Below are positions 36,409-44,434 of a stretch of DNA of 64,000 bases, piece by piece. The position numbers and the translations under genes were made by a program. The notes under the pieces are model-generated. The model had not been told where the DNA came from and did not search any database. It worked only from the letters and a program-made list of their open reading frames with translations. The stretch is taken from positions 32,001 through 96,000 of the IMG/VR virus record IMGVR_UViG_3300014208_000027. One strand, given 5' to 3'. Within the stretch, counting starts at the first letter, position 1, and each line of letters opens with the position of its first letter. Origin of the DNA: a virus (Duplodnaviria; Caudoviricetes).

Positions 36409-37314
36409 ATGATGATTAAAAATTTTGATATAACAATAGAACTTATCGTAGATGCTATGCGAAATCAAGCTTTAGAAGCACACACCTCTAAGGCAGAGGT
36501 TGACATATCAGGGGGAGTAGATAGTGCTGTTGTTGCGGCATTATCTTGTAGAGCGTTTGGCAGGGAGAATGTAATTGGAGTTTACAGCTCTATTAATTCT
36601 TCTGACTCTTCACGTCGTCTTGCAAAAATGGTCGCTGACAAGTTTAAATTCCATTTTATTGAGCTAGATCTTTCCGAAGCTTACCGACAAATCACAATGC
36701 AAGTTATGGTTTCTTTTTGGAAAGCTGGTTTGGTTTGTCCGAATCAAGGAGACGTTGATTCTAAAAAAACATATGGTGGACTTAGAAGTTGTTTGCGTGC
36801 TCCTGTTGGAAGATTTATAAATAGGATGTTCGGCGGCGGAATACGAGAAGGTACTGGTAATCGCGATGAAGATGAACTGATTCGTTTTTATCAGAAAGGT
36901 GGAGATGGAGAAGTTGACAGTAATTGGATCGAAGGTTTGTTTAAGGGTGAGGTTTGGGAACTTGCGAAACATTTAGGAGTCCCTGATGAAGTTATCAACG
37001 CAACGCCAACACCTGATTTATGGGGTGGAGAGGTTCACAGTGATGAGAAAGAACTTGAAGACATCACTGGGGTGAAATTGACTTACACACGTCCTGGTGG
37101 ACCAATGGGAACGATTGAATGGGCAAGTCGAGAGAATTCGGAGAATGACTGTATCATAAATCAAGATCTCGACTTGAATGTTTTTGGTTATGATGAGAAG
37201 CAGCTTAAAATCATTAATGCAATGCGGAAATTAGAAAAATCAAGTCGACACAAGGGTTGTATGCCTCCGTATATTTGTAGAGAGGTTCTTATTGAAAAAG
37301 GAGCTGTGGAATGA
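36409..37314 (+). CDS. nadE: NH3-dependent NAD+ synthetase
   Basis: ISGGVDSAVV, R...R, GTGN.DE, FY.K.GDG.VD, L.K.EV..LAK.LG, PTPDLW, DE.E. Confidence 0.85.
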   Translation: MMIKNFDITIELIVDAMRNQALEAHTSKAEVDISGGVDSAVVAALSCRAFGRENVIGVYSSINSSDSSRRLAKMVADKFKFHFIELDLSEAYRQITMQVMVSFWKAGLVCPNQGDVDSKKTYGGLRSCLRAPVGRFINRMFGGGIREGTGNRDEDELIRFYQKGGDGEVDSNWIEGLFKGEVWELAKHLGVPDEVINATPTPDLWGGEVHSDEKELEDITGVKLTYTRPGGPMGTIEWASRENSENDCIINQDLDLNVFGYDEKQLKIINAMRKLEKSSRHKGCMPPYICREVLIEKGAVE

Positions 37315-38513
37315 AGGTTTTGTTCGCTAATTTTTTTAATGATGAAGCTTACGGAATGAGAATTTTGCATTCTATTGTTTCAGAAAGGTATGATTGTAAA
37401 ATTCTTTTCATTAAAGAAAATAATGAACAATTAATAACGAAAGTTATTTCTAATTACTCTCCTGATGTGTTGTGTGTCAGTCTTACTTCCCCTAATTTTT
37501 GTTTGTACAAAAAACTTTATGAGGGTATTAGAAAATCTATGAATGGTGGTTTGATTGTTCTGGGTGGTTGGCATCCCACATTAAACCCAAATTCCTGTGC
37601 TCCATATTGTGATGTTGTTGTTCAAGGTGAGGCAGAAAAAAATATACTGAAGATTCTTGATGATATAGAAAGAAAATCTTTTTTAAATTTATATACGTTT
37701 TCGTCGCTTTCTAAAGATATTAATCACCCTCTTTTTGTATTTAATGGGAATAATTGCATAACAATTGAAAAAGGACAAATTCTTTTCGGTGAACCTTATT
37801 CTAGAAACGAACGCTATGGAACAATGATGGGTAGAGGTTGCCCTTATAGTTGTACTTATTGTTCTAATTCATTTATGAAAGAAAAATATAATAACTGGAC
37901 GAAAATTAGATATAGAAACTTTGAAAAGGTTTTGGAAGAACTTTTAGTGGTTCGTAAATTGTTTCCAAATATTAAAAAAATAAACTTCTATGATGAGGTA
38001 TTCTTTCAGACAGAACAGTATGATTCTTTTTTAAGGCAATATAAGCAGGAGATTGGTCTACCATTTTTTTGTATGTTTTACCCTGGAACTGTTTCTGAGC
38101 CTATGGTAGAAAAATTAAAAGAAGCAGGAATGGTCGGAGTATGGTTGGGTGTTCAATCTGGATCTGAGAGAGTTAGGAGACACGTCTTTGAAAGACGATA
38201 TTCAAACGAGAAACTAATGAAACAGATTCTCATGTTTAAAAAACATGACGTTGATGTAAGATATGATTTTATTTTCAGTAATCCGTTTGAAACCAAGGAA
38301 GAATATCAAGAGACAATACAGTTAATAAAAACATTTCCAAAGCCATTTTCCATTAATATGTTTGAACTTAAGTGGTTTCCAAATACAAAAATAACAAAAA
38401 TGGCTTTGGAAAGTGGTTATTCAATAACTACAGAAGATGAAATATTTTATGAAAACCCTTCATACTTGATAGATGAAGAAAAACAAAAAGAAATCTTACA
38501 GGAAATCGGTTAG
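37311..38513 (+). CDS. B12-binding radical SAM enzyme (class B)
   Basis: GGWHPT..P, GEAE; GRGCPYSCTYC; DE.F; GVQSGSERVR. Confidence 0.9.
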   Translation: MKVLFANFFNDEAYGMRILHSIVSERYDCKILFIKENNEQLITKVISNYSPDVLCVSLTSPNFCLYKKLYEGIRKSMNGGLIVLGGWHPTLNPNSCAPYCDVVVQGEAEKNILKILDDIERKSFLNLYTFSSLSKDINHPLFVFNGNNCITIEKGQILFGEPYSRNERYGTMMGRGCPYSCTYCSNSFMKEKYNNWTKIRYRNFEKVLEELLVVRKLFPNIKKINFYDEVFFQTEQYDSFLRQYKQEIGLPFFCMFYPGTVSEPMVEKLKEAGMVGVWLGVQSGSERVRRHVFERRYSNEKLMKQILMFKKHDVDVRYDFIFSNPFETKEEYQETIQLIKTFPKPFSINMFELKWFPNTKITKMALESGYSITTEDEIFYENPSYLIDEEKQKEILQEIG

Positions 38514-38547
38514 TGTATAAAGCTATTTTTTTTAAGCTTATAGAAAA

Positions 38548-38967
38548 ATGATGGTACTTGAAGAAGACACTAGACGATGTACTCGATGTAGAAAAGTAAA
38601 AAGTATTATTGAATTTGATGAGAAGTCTACTGATGAACATTATAAATCTTGTTCAAAATGTCTTGATTATGAAAGAGAATATAAACATCGTAGAAACAAA
38701 GAAGTAACAAAGAAAAATAAGCGTACTAGAGATTTGAAAAGATTATATAATCTTTCTTTAGAAGAATATGAAAAAATGGTTGCATTACAAGGTGGAAAAT
38801 GTTATATTTGTCAAAGAGATAAAAAATTAGTAGTTGACCATAACCATTTAACCAATAAAGTAAGGTCGCTACTATGTGATAAGTGCAATAGAGGGTTAGG
38901 TTTTTTTGATGAAGATATTGGTTTTTTAATTGGCGCTATAGAGTATTTACAACTTCACAAGGGATAA
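38548..38967 (+). CDS. Endonuclease VII-like HNH homing endonuclease
   Basis: CTRC..CSKC; Y.L..EEY..M...Q.GKC.IC, VDHNH.T.KVR.LLC.KCN.GLG. Confidence 0.9.
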   Translation: MMVLEEDTRRCTRCRKVKSIIEFDEKSTDEHYKSCSKCLDYEREYKHRRNKEVTKKNKRTRDLKRLYNLSLEEYEKMVALQGGKCYICQRDKKLVVDHNHLTNKVRSLLCDKCNRGLGFFDEDIGFLIGAIEYLQLHKG

Positions 38968-38971
38968 AAAA

Positions 38972-39151
38972 ATGAAAGTGTCTAGACAGTTTGCAAAAAG
39001 TTTAATGCTAGCAGTACAAAAAAGTATTATGGAACAAGTTGATATTCTTGAAACCTTGGAAGGATTTGAAGTCGTCGATACTGAAGATGGCCTAGTGGTA
39101 ACAAATCCGCCCATTTTGAAAGTTGATACTGTTACACCTGAAGAAGAATAA
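38972..39151 (+). CDS. 59-aa hypothetical phage protein (not in track)
   Basis: MKVSRQFAKSLMLAVQKSIMEQVDIL...GLVVTNPP... Confidence 0.7.
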   Translation: MKVSRQFAKSLMLAVQKSIMEQVDILETLEGFEVVDTEDGLVVTNPPILKVDTVTPEEE

Positions 39152-39153
39152 TC

Positions 39154-39411
39154 TTGCCTATCTACACCTACCATTGTTCATCTTGTTTAATAAATTTTTG
39201 TGTTTCTCATATGTTGTGTGAAAAAATCGAATATTGTGAATGTGGTGGTAAGGTAGAACGAGTTCCAAGTAATTTCTCAAGTTCTGGAGTTATACAAAGG
39301 CAGCAAAATAAAAAAGTTGGCGATGATACTAAGAAATTTATTGAAGAATCTCGGAAAGCATTACAATCCCAACGAGAAGAGTTAGAAACACAAAGAACCA
39401 CGGGTAGATAA
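39154..39411 (+). CDS. FmdB-like zinc-ribbon protein; last codons replaced by the tnpB element
   Basis: MPIYTYHCSSC..F...H.....C.CGG. Confidence 0.8.
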   Translation: MPIYTYHCSSCLINFCVSHMLCEKIEYCECGGKVERVPSNFSSSGVIQRQQNKKVGDDTKKFIEESRKALQSQREELETQRTTGR

Positions 39412-39414
39412 CAG

Positions 39415-39444
39415 TTGACTAAACCATTTACATTGATATATAAT
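39415..39444 (+). promoter_or_regulatory. sigma70-type promoter of tnpB inside the element's left end
   Basis: TTGACT-18 nt-TATAAT. Confidence 0.65.
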
Positions 39445-39457
39445 CACTTATAAATAA

Positions 39458-40633
39458 ATGCTAAGAGCCTATAAGACAGAATTAAACCCAAATAATAAAC
39501 AAAGGACGCTTCTGTTAAAGCACGCTGGCGCAGCCAGGTGGGCTTATAATTGGGGTTTAGCTAAAAAGATTGAAGAATATCAATCAACCGGAAATTCTCC
39601 TTCTGCAATTGATTTACACAAGCAGTTGAATTTACTGAAGAAAACTGAGATATCTTGGATGTATGAAGTCTCCAAAATGGCTCCGCAGGAGGCTTTGAGA
39701 AACCTTGATATAGCTTTTAAGAACTTCTTTAGAAATTGTAAGAAAGGTTCTAAACAAAAAGGTTTCCCAAGATTTAAATCTAAGAAAAATGGAGTTGGTT
39801 CGTTTACCTTTTCCATGCAAGTCCGAGTAATTAATGGAAAAATCCAGTTACCAAGATTAGGAAAGATTCGACTAAAAGAAACTGACTATTTTCCAACTAA
39901 TACTAAGATTAGGTCCGCAACCGTTTCGGAAAAAGCTGGCAGATGGTTTGTATCAATTTTAGTTGACGAAGAATTTACCAAAGAGCAAGGTGGTGAAATT
40001 ATTGGAGTTGATGTTGGAATCAAGACTTTGGCAACTTTGTCCAATGGAATTATTTTTGAAAATTCAAGGTCTCTAAAAAAACACGAAAGGAAACTGCGAA
40101 GACGAAGTAAATCAGTTTCTCGCAAAAAGAAAGGATCAAACAATAGAAAGAAAGAAGTCAAGAAGTTAGCGAAGCTACACTACAAAATCTCTTGTACCCG
40201 AAAAGATTCAATTCATAAAGCTACGACTGCGATAACCAAGCAGGCAAAAGTTTTGTGTATCGAAAACTTGAATGTTTCCGGCATGATGAAAAATCACAAG
40301 CTAGCGAAATCATTGTCGGATGCTTCAATGGGAGAATTTTTAAGACAACTGGAATATAAGGCAAGCTGGGCAAATATTCCAGTAATTAAAGCTGATCGAT
40401 TTTTCGCTAGTAGTAAGTTGTGTTCGAATTGTGGTTGTCTCAAAGAAACATTAAGTTTAGGTGAACGAATTTATTGTTGTGAACATTGCAATCTTTCTAT
40501 TGACCGAGACTTAAATGCAGCAATTAATCTAAAAACCTTGGCCGGTAGTTTACCGGACAATAAAAACGACTCTGGAGGCACTCGGTTGGTGTCGGTGAAA
40601 GAGGAAAAAAGCACAATTAGTAACAATTGGTAA
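39458..40633 (+). CDS. tnpB: RNA-guided endonuclease TnpB
   Basis: HTH_OrfB N-terminus, GFPRFK, RuvC-I GVDVGIK, RuvC-II IENL, Zn finger CSNC..CEHC, RuvC-III DRDLNAAINL. Confidence 0.95.
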   Translation: MLRAYKTELNPNNKQRTLLLKHAGAARWAYNWGLAKKIEEYQSTGNSPSAIDLHKQLNLLKKTEISWMYEVSKMAPQEALRNLDIAFKNFFRNCKKGSKQKGFPRFKSKKNGVGSFTFSMQVRVINGKIQLPRLGKIRLKETDYFPTNTKIRSATVSEKAGRWFVSILVDEEFTKEQGGEIIGVDVGIKTLATLSNGIIFENSRSLKKHERKLRRRSKSVSRKKKGSNNRKKEVKKLAKLHYKISCTRKDSIHKATTAITKQAKVLCIENLNVSGMMKNHKLAKSLSDASMGEFLRQLEYKASWANIPVIKADRFFASSKLCSNCGCLKETLSLGERIYCCEHCNLSIDRDLNAAINLKTLAGSLPDNKNDSGGTRLVSVKEEKSTISNNW

Positions 40634-40667
40634 GTCTTTTATAACGGAATACCAGTAAAGGTTAACA
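40520..40667 (+). ncRNA. Predicted omega/reRNA scaffold plus guide of TnpB
   Basis: Hairpins CCGGTA-gtt-TACCGG (40542-40556) and CTCT..GGCAC/GTGTC..AGAG (40570-40603) in the tnpB 3' end; guide would start at 40648. Confidence 0.65.
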
Positions 40668-40979
40668 ATGATATTTTTAAGCATATTTCTTGTTCTTTCC
40701 ATATCAATAAATATATTGCTGGTTTGGTATTGTAGAAAGGTTACTGAGCGTCTATATTATGTATCTGAAAATATGGGAGAATTTCATGAAAGAATTGCAG
40801 AGTTTGAAGAACATGTAAACGTAATTTCGACAATGGAAACATTTATTGGAGAACCTATTATAGAAAACTTACAGAAACATGCCAGAGCTATGGTAGAAGA
40901 AATTAAATCTTATAAAGAAGTTTATTCTTTAACACATGAAGTTCAAGGCGATCAAGTTGTCGAGGAATCTGAAGTTTAA
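40668..40979 (+). CDS. Membrane-anchored coiled-coil protein
   Basis: N-terminal TM, then heptads. Confidence 0.7.
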   Translation: MIFLSIFLVLSISINILLVWYCRKVTERLYYVSENMGEFHERIAEFEEHVNVISTMETFIGEPIIENLQKHARAMVEEIKSYKEVYSLTHEVQGDQVVEESEV

Positions 40980-41698
40980 TGGCTAGACCTAAAGGTTCTA
41001 CTAAAAGCGTAGCCAGGCCCGGTCAAGATAAAAAACAATATTTTACTAAAGATCATGAAAACGCTATTCTTGCTTATGTAAAAACTGATAGTCTTCCTAT
41101 TCGTACCAAACTTTATATTCAGTTCATAGAGCCTTCATTTTCAGAAATGGTAGAAAAGATTTCCTTCACTTATAAATTTAATTCTTTGCCTAACATAAGT
41201 TTTCTCAAAGAAGAATGTAAGATTTGGCTTGTGACTATTTTAGATAAATTTGATGTTAATAAGGGCTATAAAGCTTTTTCTTATTTTTCTATTATAACCA
41301 AGAATTGGTTTATAGCTAAGACAAAGAAGAACGCTAGTCAAAATAAAAAAGAGATTCAAGGTGAAGATCTTTCCAAAGAGTTAGAATACAAATACTATTC
41401 TGATAGTAATGAATACTTTGAGAAGCGTGAAGAGGCTGAATTTTGGATTCACTTCTTGCAAGAGTTAGATCGTTGGGACGACTTAGCTGTTAAGGAAAAT
41501 GAAGTAAAAGTATTAGATGGTATTAAAGTTTTGGTAGCAAACATAGAAGATATACCAATTTTTAATAAGAAGGCAATTTATTTTTTCCTTCGTGAAATTA
41601 CCAACCTATCAACCAAGCAAATCGTAGCATCGTTGAATAAGTTTAAAGCAGAATATAAGTTGTTCAAGAATGATTGGGATAACGGCGAAACTTTTTAA
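40979..41698 (+). CDS. Phage sigma-factor-like protein (gp55-like, region 2)
   Basis: QYF...HE.AI..Y; KFD..KG.KAFSYFS.ITKN.F resembles sigma region 2.2-2.3. Confidence 0.6.
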   Translation: MARPKGSTKSVARPGQDKKQYFTKDHENAILAYVKTDSLPIRTKLYIQFIEPSFSEMVEKISFTYKFNSLPNISFLKEECKIWLVTILDKFDVNKGYKAFSYFSIITKNWFIAKTKKNASQNKKEIQGEDLSKELEYKYYSDSNEYFEKREEAEFWIHFLQELDRWDDLAVKENEVKVLDGIKVLVANIEDIPIFNKKAIYFFLREITNLSTKQIVASLNKFKAEYKLFKNDWDNGETF

Positions 41699-41699
41699 C

Positions 41700-42044
41700 A
41701 TGGCAAAGAAAAATATATATTGTGTTGAAGTGCTAACAAAATTTGTTGTAGAGGCTGAGACAGAAGAAGAAGTTTATCACAAGTCTATAGACTATGCTAA
41801 GGAAGAAATTATAAATTCTGGAACGATAGAAAAAGTAGTTTTGATTTCTAGTCTGTCTGACCTTCCCAGCGATTGGAAAGAATTTCATTTGCCTTATGAT
41901 CAAAAAAATAGTATTACTATAGGTAACCATTTAAAAATACCTCCTAGAGTTATGGGCGAGTCAAAAACTTTTGAAAAACAAGTTGGATTACCTCACGATA
42001 TGGCATTAAAAATTTTCAATAATATGACAAAAAAAGGGGGCTAA
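41700..42044 (+). CDS. Hypothetical protein (start set at ATG 41700)
   Basis: In-operon ORF. Confidence 0.6.
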   Translation: MAKKNIYCVEVLTKFVVEAETEEEVYHKSIDYAKEEIINSGTIEKVVLISSLSDLPSDWKEFHLPYDQKNSITIGNHLKIPPRVMGESKTFEKQVGLPHDMALKIFNNMTKKGG

Positions 42045-42046
42045 AA

Positions 42047-42265
42047 GTGCCGAATTATAATGGCAGCAAAGATTATAGCTCTAGAGATTTCAGAAAAGAG
42101 TTTATTAAAGTAAAAGAACTGAACCTTCATTATGATGAAGAGACGGGTACTTATTTTGATGTGAAGGAGTTTATTGAAGAATTACTTGAAGAAGTTGATA
42201 CCTTACGCTTAACAATTGATGTCAAAAATGGAGATATTCCAGAGGAGAATAGTGATGTGAAATAG
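42047..42265 (+). CDS. Hypothetical protein
   Basis: GTG start with GGGG SD-like. Confidence 0.55.
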   Translation: MPNYNGSKDYSSRDFRKEFIKVKELNLHYDEETGTYFDVKEFIEELLEEVDTLRLTIDVKNGDIPEENSDVK

Positions 42266-42316
42266 AATATTTTTGTTGCCTTGTAAATCATTTTAACTTT
42301 TAAAGGAGATTTTGAA

Positions 42317-42517
42317 ATGTCACAACAAACATGTAAGAATTGTAAGTTTTATTGTTCTGAGCCACGAGAAGATCAACAAGTTCAAAAGGGTAAGTGTAAG
42401 CGTTTTCCGCCTTCAATGATGGTAACCGAGGAAAGGATCCGATACTATTTTCCTATTGTTACAGAATTTGATGCTTGTGGTGAGCATCTTGATAAGCCAG
42501 TTTTGCTGAACGATTAA
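42317..42517 (+). CDS. Small Cys-rich phage protein
   Basis: SD AAGGAG; C.NCKF..G.C.RFPP..FP....D.CGEH. Confidence 0.75.
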   Translation: MSQQTCKNCKFYCSEPREDQQVQKGKCKRFPPSMMVTEERIRYYFPIVTEFDACGEHLDKPVLLND

Positions 42518-42539
42518 GTTTTTCCTTCCTTTTTTTTCA

Positions 42540-42568
42540 TTGACTTTCTCTACATCCTTTGCTATACT
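42540..42568 (+). promoter_or_regulatory. sigma70-type promoter
   Basis: TTGACT-17 nt-TATACT with extended -10 TG. Confidence 0.8.
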
Positions 42569-42589
42569 TAATTTAGAGGCAAAATAAAA

Positions 42590-42748
42590 ATGCAAGTTTT
42601 TGTAGTTGTAGATGCTGTAATGGGTAGAATTTCTCACATAGAAGCAGTCTTTTCTACTGTAGAGTTAGCTAAGGAATATGTGGAAAAGAATAAACTTAAC
42701 GCTATGGGTAGGCTGGTTTATCAGCAATTCGAAGTGGACAAGGTGTAG
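42590..42748 (+). CDS. 52-aa hypothetical phage protein (not in track)
   Basis: SD GAGG; MQVFVV....I.AVFSTVELAKEY. Confidence 0.65.
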   Translation: MQVFVVVDAVMGRISHIEAVFSTVELAKEYVEKNKLNAMGRLVYQQFEVDKV

Positions 42749-42750
42749 TC

Positions 42751-43140
42751 ATGTTGAATAGTTTTTTATTCTTTTTATCTGGGATATGCTGCTATGCTTT
42801 CCTTAGCAAGGTTATGCAATACTATCATATTACTAGTACTTTTTTTGTAACAAACTATTCTTGTTTGCGTCTTGCAAAATATGTTGAAGGAATTTATTAT
42901 AATACTTTGAGGCTTTCTCGTAAAAAAACGAGAGAGGTAGAAAAAATTAGCGAGGAAGAAGAAAAATATCTTGAGAAGTCTGATGATGCCATGGTAGAAG
43001 ATTGGAAGAACTTGTTTATTATTACCATGATGAATATGTATCCTCCTAAACTTAGAAAACATTTGCCATTTGAAACTTGGCGTCAAGCTATGAATTGGAT
43101 GGCAAAAGAAGAAAAAAGATATGGACTGGATAAAGTTTAA
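42751..43140 (+). CDS. Membrane-anchored hypothetical protein
   Basis: N-terminal TM. Confidence 0.6.
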   Translation: MLNSFLFFLSGICCYAFLSKVMQYYHITSTFFVTNYSCLRLAKYVEGIYYNTLRLSRKKTREVEKISEEEEKYLEKSDDAMVEDWKNLFIITMMNMYPPKLRKHLPFETWRQAMNWMAKEEKRYGLDKV

Positions 43141-43172
43141 AGAATTAGTGTGGCGATTATCAACTACATGGT

Positions 43173-43439
43173 TTGAGTGATATGAAAAAAATACTTCTCA
43201 CTGCATGCTTTCTGTTATCTTCCAGTGTAACATTTGCTGGAGAAAGTACAGATATAATAATTAATAACCCGAAATCTGCTAACGCGCTATTAGAAATTAA
43301 GTGTGATTTTCAATATAAATTAGGTACTTACAAGTTTTTTAATAGATTCTGGGTGATGAAAAAAAGTAATTCTCTTTTACCTGTTCCATATGGTATGAAG
43401 AATTGTGAGATCTGGGTTATAGATGTAAAGGTTTTCTAA
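43173..43439 (+). CDS. Secreted hypothetical protein
   Basis: MKKILLTACFLLSSSVTFA signal peptide. Confidence 0.6.
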   Translation: MSDMKKILLTACFLLSSSVTFAGESTDIIINNPKSANALLEIKCDFQYKLGTYKFFNRFWVMKKSNSLLPVPYGMKNCEIWVIDVKVF

Positions 43440-43458
43440 CAATTTAACAGGAGTCATA

Positions 43459-44109
43459 ATGCGTAGTCTAATCTTCCTTTCTCTAGTATGTTTTGCCTGT
43501 ACAACACCAAACTCTGGTGGTCAGCCCGAATTTGATCAAGGGGATCCTGCATCTGGTAACTACATGATCTTCCTTAATGAAATTTTAAATAGTTGTTCCG
43601 TAGATGGTCGTCAAGGTGCTCTTAGAGATCTTTTTGTTTCTCCTTTAGATACTGACGGTATGGGTCAAGGGAGTCTTGTTATGGGGAATGTTTATTTCGG
43701 ATTAAACATTCTTCAAACTCCAACGGGTTATAAATTTTCTTTAGTTAAAGAAGATTGCACATTTATGGATGGAAATTATTTGTCTGCCAAAACTTGTAAT
43801 TCTGTTAATGCTGTTCCAACTTTTGACGGAGAGTATAGTTTTGAAACAAATCGTTTGAGTGGGGTGGTTACTTTTGATTACTCTGGGGTATGCGGCGAAT
43901 CTGGCCTTGATAACGGGCAAAGTAAGTTAAAATTCGATGGTAATCGTGAAGCTTTTGCAACCGTTTGTAGGGAAGGAAGTTTTTATTGTTACACTGAGAA
44001 AGATTGCAAGGGTAAGCTACCGTGGTGTAAAATTCAAGAAGGTTTTTGTGTTGCTTGGAACGCTAAGAGTTATCGAGTGGTTGGAACTTCAGATTGTGTG
44101 AATTATTAA
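43459..44109 (+). CDS. Putative lipoprotein with Cys-rich C-terminus
   Basis: SD AGGAG; lipobox-like CFAC; C...CYT..DC....PWC....FC. Confidence 0.65.
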   Translation: MRSLIFLSLVCFACTTPNSGGQPEFDQGDPASGNYMIFLNEILNSCSVDGRQGALRDLFVSPLDTDGMGQGSLVMGNVYFGLNILQTPTGYKFSLVKEDCTFMDGNYLSAKTCNSVNAVPTFDGEYSFETNRLSGVVTFDYSGVCGESGLDNGQSKLKFDGNREAFATVCREGSFYCYTEKDCKGKLPWCKIQEGFCVAWNAKSYRVVGTSDCVNY

Positions 44110-44405
44110 ATCCTGCCTGGCTGGTTATATCGATACTGCATCATATCCGTGATTTCTTTATAAGGAAAAGTAGTTTTAATTTCTCTGTTAAAGTACTTTC
44201 CTTTAGACCCTGCTTTTTGTAATTCTTCCCAAATCCATACAGGTACTTGAGAGTATAAATACTTTCTACCATTTTGAAACGTGATAGTTAATTCTTTTCT
44301 ATCGGTTTCATAAACCATATCTAAGATATTAGTACTGTCCACATTTAACGCCTTTTCTATAGCTTCTTTAATAAGCGCATAGAATTGTTTAGTTGATAGC
44401 ATCAT
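44106..44405 (-). CDS. KTSC-domain protein
   Basis: S.NI....Y....L.I.F.NG..Y.Y..VP...W..L..A.SKG.YFN..IK. Confidence 0.9.
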   Translation of the reverse strand: MMLSTKQFYALIKEAIEKALNVDSTNILDMVYETDRKELTITFQNGRKYLYSQVPVWIWEELQKAGSKGKYFNREIKTTFPYKEITDMMQYRYNQPGRI

Positions 44406-44407
44406 AA

Positions 44408-44430
44408 TAATTAGTCTTTTTCTCTATTTA
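44408..44430. promoter_or_regulatory. Back-to-back late-type heptamers (CTAATTA on -, CTATTTA on +)
   Basis: - copy 44414-44408 before the KTSC gene; + copy 44424-44430, 4 nt before ATG 44435. Confidence 0.6.
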
Positions 44431-44434
44431 CTGC

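Larger units (their letters stand above)
39404..40647 (+). mobile_element. Non-autonomous IS607-like (tnpB-only) insertion element
   Basis: ACGG at 39400-39403 and 40644-40647; removing 39404-40647 restores the FmdB-like gene end ACG GAA TAC CAG TAA and the next gene's RBS; no tnpA. Confidence 0.75.

Noticed and set aside
15548-38513. Glycan island as bacterial contamination or a chimeric join
   Set aside because: Genes are coupled by overlapping codons into phage-type small genes on both sides with no obvious junction; read-coverage data would be needed to exclude it fully.
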